NCBI GenBank assembly: GCA_036172245.1
Contig: JAYWIR010000117.1
Span: 1 to 64,000, forward strand
Origin: Raillietiella orientalis
Taxonomy: Eukaryota
Length of the DNA stretch: 64,000 nt
Reading direction: 5' to 3'
Below the pieces are notes generated by a model. The model was not told the DNA's origin. It searched no databases and saw nothing but the letters and a program-made list of their open reading frames with translations. Positions 59,323-64,000 of the stretch are shown piece after piece (the first letter of the stretch is position 1; each line of letters begins with the position of its first letter). A program made the translations under genes and the position numbers.

Positions 59323-61564
59323 TTAGGCAGCTTTATTTCTTTCTTTCCAAATGTGTTCTGCTGCTGAATAAAAATATGACTGCAGAAATGAAGTAAGTGC
59401 AGGGAAAAAGCTACGTTTCCTTTGAGATGCATTGGAAATGATAACAGAAAGGCATGGCTTGGGAATCAAACTTGGTTGGAGCTGCACCTGAATATCAACT
59501 AGAGATGTCTGATTCACCTCTCCTTGACATAGTTCTTTTATAAACTGCGTCATGAAGATTTCTTTTTCAAATATGCTTTTACAGTCTTTCTGATTCACAA
59601 TTTTTTTTGCCTTTTTACGATATGACCAGAAAGGGAAATAACAGTGACCAAGAAATTCTTTATGTATCATGCTCTGACTTGATTCTGTGATACTTTTATC
59701 ATGGTCAATTTGTAAGCATTTGATTAAGATATCCATAATTAACTCTTCCACTTTTTGCAACCAGTGTTTCCAGTCTGGAGTTCCAGAAGGAGGGCATACT
59801 TCAGGTGTAAATGCAAAGGACACTTTCTCTAATAAATTCACAGGCCGTGTAGATTGCAACAAGTCTGTTAAATGAGCTGTCTTTGTTTCTGTACACCAAC
59901 ACTCCACTAAGAGTAAAGCATTATAACTATGCTGTTGTAAAGTAGAAATTCTGTGGAAGTTTCCAGCTATATTAAAGGAGAGTTCAAATGGATCCTGAAT
60001 ATAAAGAGGAGCAGTTGCCAACTGAGGCAAAGTTCCATTGATTGTTTGTAATAAAGGATCCCACTGACATAAGTCTGTAGGCAACTGGCCACTGAGCAAA
60101 AATTCTCGCTGTATAGTCTTTCCCAAAAGAGGGCATATTACATATTGTTTAAAATCAAATTCGTAAAAAAAACGAAAAATATGCACTAGCAAATCAAGCA
60201 AAGACATCTGATTAGAAGCTTTGGCGACCAATTCGGGGTTGTCACAAAAGCTACAATTCCAATTATCAATCCATAATGGTACTGGAGAAAGCTGCCGTAA
60301 GGATGCAACAGAAGGCAACACAGGAGAATCTGTTAATTGAAGGGCAGCAATCACAAGCCAGTTGAGACAATAGCTGGACAATGTATTTTGATCAGCTCGA
60401 CCACAAAGCTGTAAAGTTTTTGCCCAAGCATTCACAATAAACAGAAGTGGCCGAACTCTAGCATCTAATTTAGTGTAAAGCAGAATGAGCTCACTGTTCC
60501 GCACACCTAAAGGGTTCCGAAATGATACATCTACTGGAATTGTCAATGGTTCAAAAAAAAACTTCACAATTGGTACACGAGCTCCAGAAATAGGTATGAC
60601 ACCAGAAACACCAGGTAGCTTTTTCAAATGACGAGCTACCAGCTTGACTAACTGACTAGGTTGCATTTCATATTCAGGTAAGATGCTTAGATCTAAAGTC
60701 ACAAAAAGATGATTATGGCCACTTGGAACCACACTCACCTATGCCCATATAGATATCAAGATCACAACCATGATGACCAAGACCAGTGGTTGTGGACCCA
60801 AATGGACTCACACAAACTATGGGCAAATGCTGACTTAGAGAACATCCTAAGAAATTGCACAGCTCTTTCCTCTGCTGTACTTCCTGAGGAGTGAGCACTA
60901 GATAATCCAGGAGCTTTTCTAGCTGTTCTCCTAATACAGAAATACTTGTCTATGTTTATTTTATCTTACTAAAATCTTGGACTGAAGCTAAATGACGTTC
61001 TATTTCTGCAATATTCAATTTCATGCTTGGAGACTCTGGTAGGTGGAAGGCTCTTGCTTTATGGGGAACACGGGCACACATTTTGCACTGATGCATTTGA
61101 TTTTACTAACCTACTGGAATTCTGGGTTTCACTAGCAGTTTTATTCTTTTGACATAATGGCATGATTTGTTCACTGCATTTTCCATGGATTTCCTGAAGG
61201 TTACTTACATTTGCTACTTCCAGAACTGATCTTGAACTCACCTTTCTTTAAAAGTAATAAACGCAAAATTTCTCCGACTTTTGATTACTTTCAATCGTAT
61301 AATATCTCCAAAATGAACAAAATATGCTTTAAGCTCTTCTTCACTGATTAAATTTTGAAAGCCTACAAAATGATCATGTTGCTTTGTTTTTTGGCTGTAT
61401 GGTTCAAGGAGTTGCTTACCTCCAACATAAATTGTTTTTTCTAACTGTTCTTTCTGGTTTTCTAAAGAATCTATTTTTTTTTTATGTTTCTTGCTCACAA
61501 GATGTTTTTGGTAATCATGAGCATTTACCATTATTGTTTCACACAGATCACAAGAAAATGGCAT
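59323..61564 (-). CDS. TUT1: TUT1/Star-PAP-like terminal nucleotidyltransferase, ~665 aa; exons 61564-61420, 61362-61242, 61193-61111, 61056-60970, 60930-60739, 60692-59323
   Basis: N-terminal C2H2 finger (CDLC…YQKHLVSKKH), RRM (TIYVGG…FAFITF), NTase motif PFGS…GCDLD, ARVPIVKF, VDVS, PAP-associated IQDPFELSFN; ZnF-RRM-NTase order is that of TUT1; all introns GT-AG and in phase. Confidence 0.9.
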
Positions 61565-64000
61565 TTTTGACAAATATAAGTAGAAATAATTTTATATAGT
61601 GGTAAAAAAATCAAACTTTATTCAACAGAGCTTTAATTTAAATAATGTTTTTTGGTCCAGTGATACTCCTACTGGATAAGCATGACATTATTTGGTGATT
61701 TGAAACACTTAATTCCAACTGCAATCAACATAAAGAAACATGTTGAACAGTGAATGCTTAACAGTTGATTTGTTTGCATGATATAAGTCATACCTAACTA
61801 AGATTTGCAAACAATCCTTCAAAAGAAAGAAGCATTAAAAACATGCACACATAAAAACCATTTTATCATCACTCTCGACTAGAAATGACCGTAATTTACT
61901 TTCATGAAATACTAAAGTAATTGGATGCTAAAATAACCAGATTGATAATGAACTCTTTACTTATTCACACAAGTTCAGCTCAGATAATTCCTATAATTGG
62001 AGGAATTCCAACAGTAATCATAACAATACAAATATCGTTTAATATTATTCTATCCATTAATGAACTGCTGCTAAATGACCATTATCATAAATTAGACTGA
62101 ATAAAACAAAAAACAAATGTATAGGATTAAACCAAATACGATAATTTTGATATTAATGAGGAATGGATTGGTCATACGCAACTTAAAAAGTGAGTTCCAT
62201 CCGAGTATTAAACCTACTTGTGTGCAAAAAACTGAATGCCAGAAACAATAAAAGCAAAAACAGATTTCTACAAAACATTTTAAGACTTAAAAAACAAGGA
62301 ATCTTCACAATCACTCTTAAGCAAATTGCCTTGTCGGGGGCATTCATTTGATTATCTCTAAAAATATACCTGCAATTATTTTCATACTTCTGAAGAGTAT
62401 ACCATCACTTAATCTTCATCAAAACAATGAAAACAATACATTCAATTCTTTTCAGTAAAAAACCTTGTGCCTTGCAAATAAATATGGCCCACACAGGCTG
62501 TTTTCAGATATGGATCTGAATCTCTATTCTTTGGGACTGAATGTTTTAGCTTTCTCCATAACTGTTTGTTAATAGTCATTAGGACTGATGCTGAATATCA
62601 TAGAACTAATAATTTTTTGTTCAAGCATTTCTAAACACACTAGGAAATATCATACATTTTGCTTCACTTATCATCATTAGCTTATGGTATTTTTTTTAGA
62701 GTGCACAATTTATGTACTCATAAACAATAACTATTCCACTGAGCAATTGTCTCTTAGTAAGACTGCAGTTTGTTTGTTAAAATCAAAAATTAATTACACT
62801 AACTGAAAAGTAGTGCTAAAAAATTTACATTTGATTACCTGCTATTGCTAATCATATATCTAAATAAACTAATATTCCCAATTCTCTTTTCTGATCAGAC
62901 ATTACTGTGAGCTTGTCAGGGATTCCACAAAGTGCATATTCAACTGTCTCAGTCTGCTTAAACAGACTTTTTTTTTAATCATATCAACATGATTTAAACA
63001 AATACCATGCAACATTATTTAAATAAATACCATGAATAGCGATGATACATTCACAATAATGGCCAATAACGAAATTTATCTCAAATACAATAATTAATGT
63101 ACAATTTATACGTGATAATGCATACTTTACTGTCATGTCCTTAATAAACACTAATTTGAAGTTTGTTACTGGAAGCATTCTCAATCCAGATTTGTTTTAA
63201 GTGCGATTTTACCAGTGCAATTTGATTGCTTGGCAAGGAATAGAATGTTTGGAAGTGTTTACGTTTTGAAAACGTGCTCATCATAATTAACTGTTCTGTA
63301 ACTGCTCCATGTCTTAAAATCCAAGACAGCGATTAACGCAGGGGAATATGACTATCAACAGACATGAAGATTATTTTCCCTTTTTTCCATCAGTTACCTC
63401 ATAGTAAAAGCAAGTGAAAGAACGTGAAATCTCCAATCAATCCCATGCTTCATTACGGGAACTCTTGCAGGAATACTATATACAACACTCAGCAAAGTAC
63501 TTACAACCAATGTTTCCGCATATTTTCGTTTACATACAGGGAATGCATTCTGGTTTGTTTATTGACAATAGAAGGATATAATTTTTCATCTACATAAACA
63601 TAAAAATAATAAATATAAGGATAGTATGCAGAAATAATATATACAACATTAAATAAGAACTAACTAATGAGATAATGAAAACATAAATTAATGAGAACTA
63701 ATCTTCATTCATACATAAGTTTCGAATATAACAGTTACTGAAGACAGTGTAATTTACAGCATACTTAGTTTTAATTCAGAAACTTTTCCAAGTTAAAGTT
63801 TTTATCTTTTATTCTTATGCATGAATCAGATTCTCTAAATATTTCTCCTTTCATAAAACACCCATTACCTCTAATCATATTATTCTCTGATTATCTGCTA
63901 CGGAAGTTACGCAACATGGTTAAAATATTTGTCAATTAAATTTGTAAATAAGTGCACAACTAAATTCAATTTGTAATTTTTCGAAGAGTTCAAGAGCAAT

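Overview
Eukaryotic (animal) genomic DNA with very short spliceosomal introns (39-100 bp in the compact genes), which suggests a nematode-like invertebrate; the species cannot be assigned from sequence alone. (1) 1-27382 is a GC-rich head-to-tail tandem array of an ~8.4-8.5 kb unit (three full units plus a partial one, running off the left edge). Each unit carries a Lys/Glu-rich ORF and a six-exon gene for a strongly diverged, N-terminal-half-only cyclase-associated protein (CAP/Srv2); only one CAP copy is intact as assembled. (2) ~28.4-47.6 kb is AT-rich and holds a complete 7-exon CDKL1-like kinase (minus strand), a decayed ankyrin-repeat sequence and a 27-bp-stem hairpin. (3) 47.7-56.9 kb is a four-level nest of L1/Tx1-like non-LTR retrotransposons. 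The three inner elements share a 3' UTR whose stems are supported by compensatory base changes, including a possible pseudoknot and a terminal hairpin in place of a long poly(A). (4) 58.1-61.6 kb holds convergent PDCD2 and TUT1 (Star-PAP) genes whose stop codons are only 10 bp apart. Most short ORFs in the six-frame track are shadow ORFs. Sharply bounded garbled patches in the array look like long-read consensus errors, so copy-specific lesions need read-level confirmation. All homology calls are by motif recognition, not database search.
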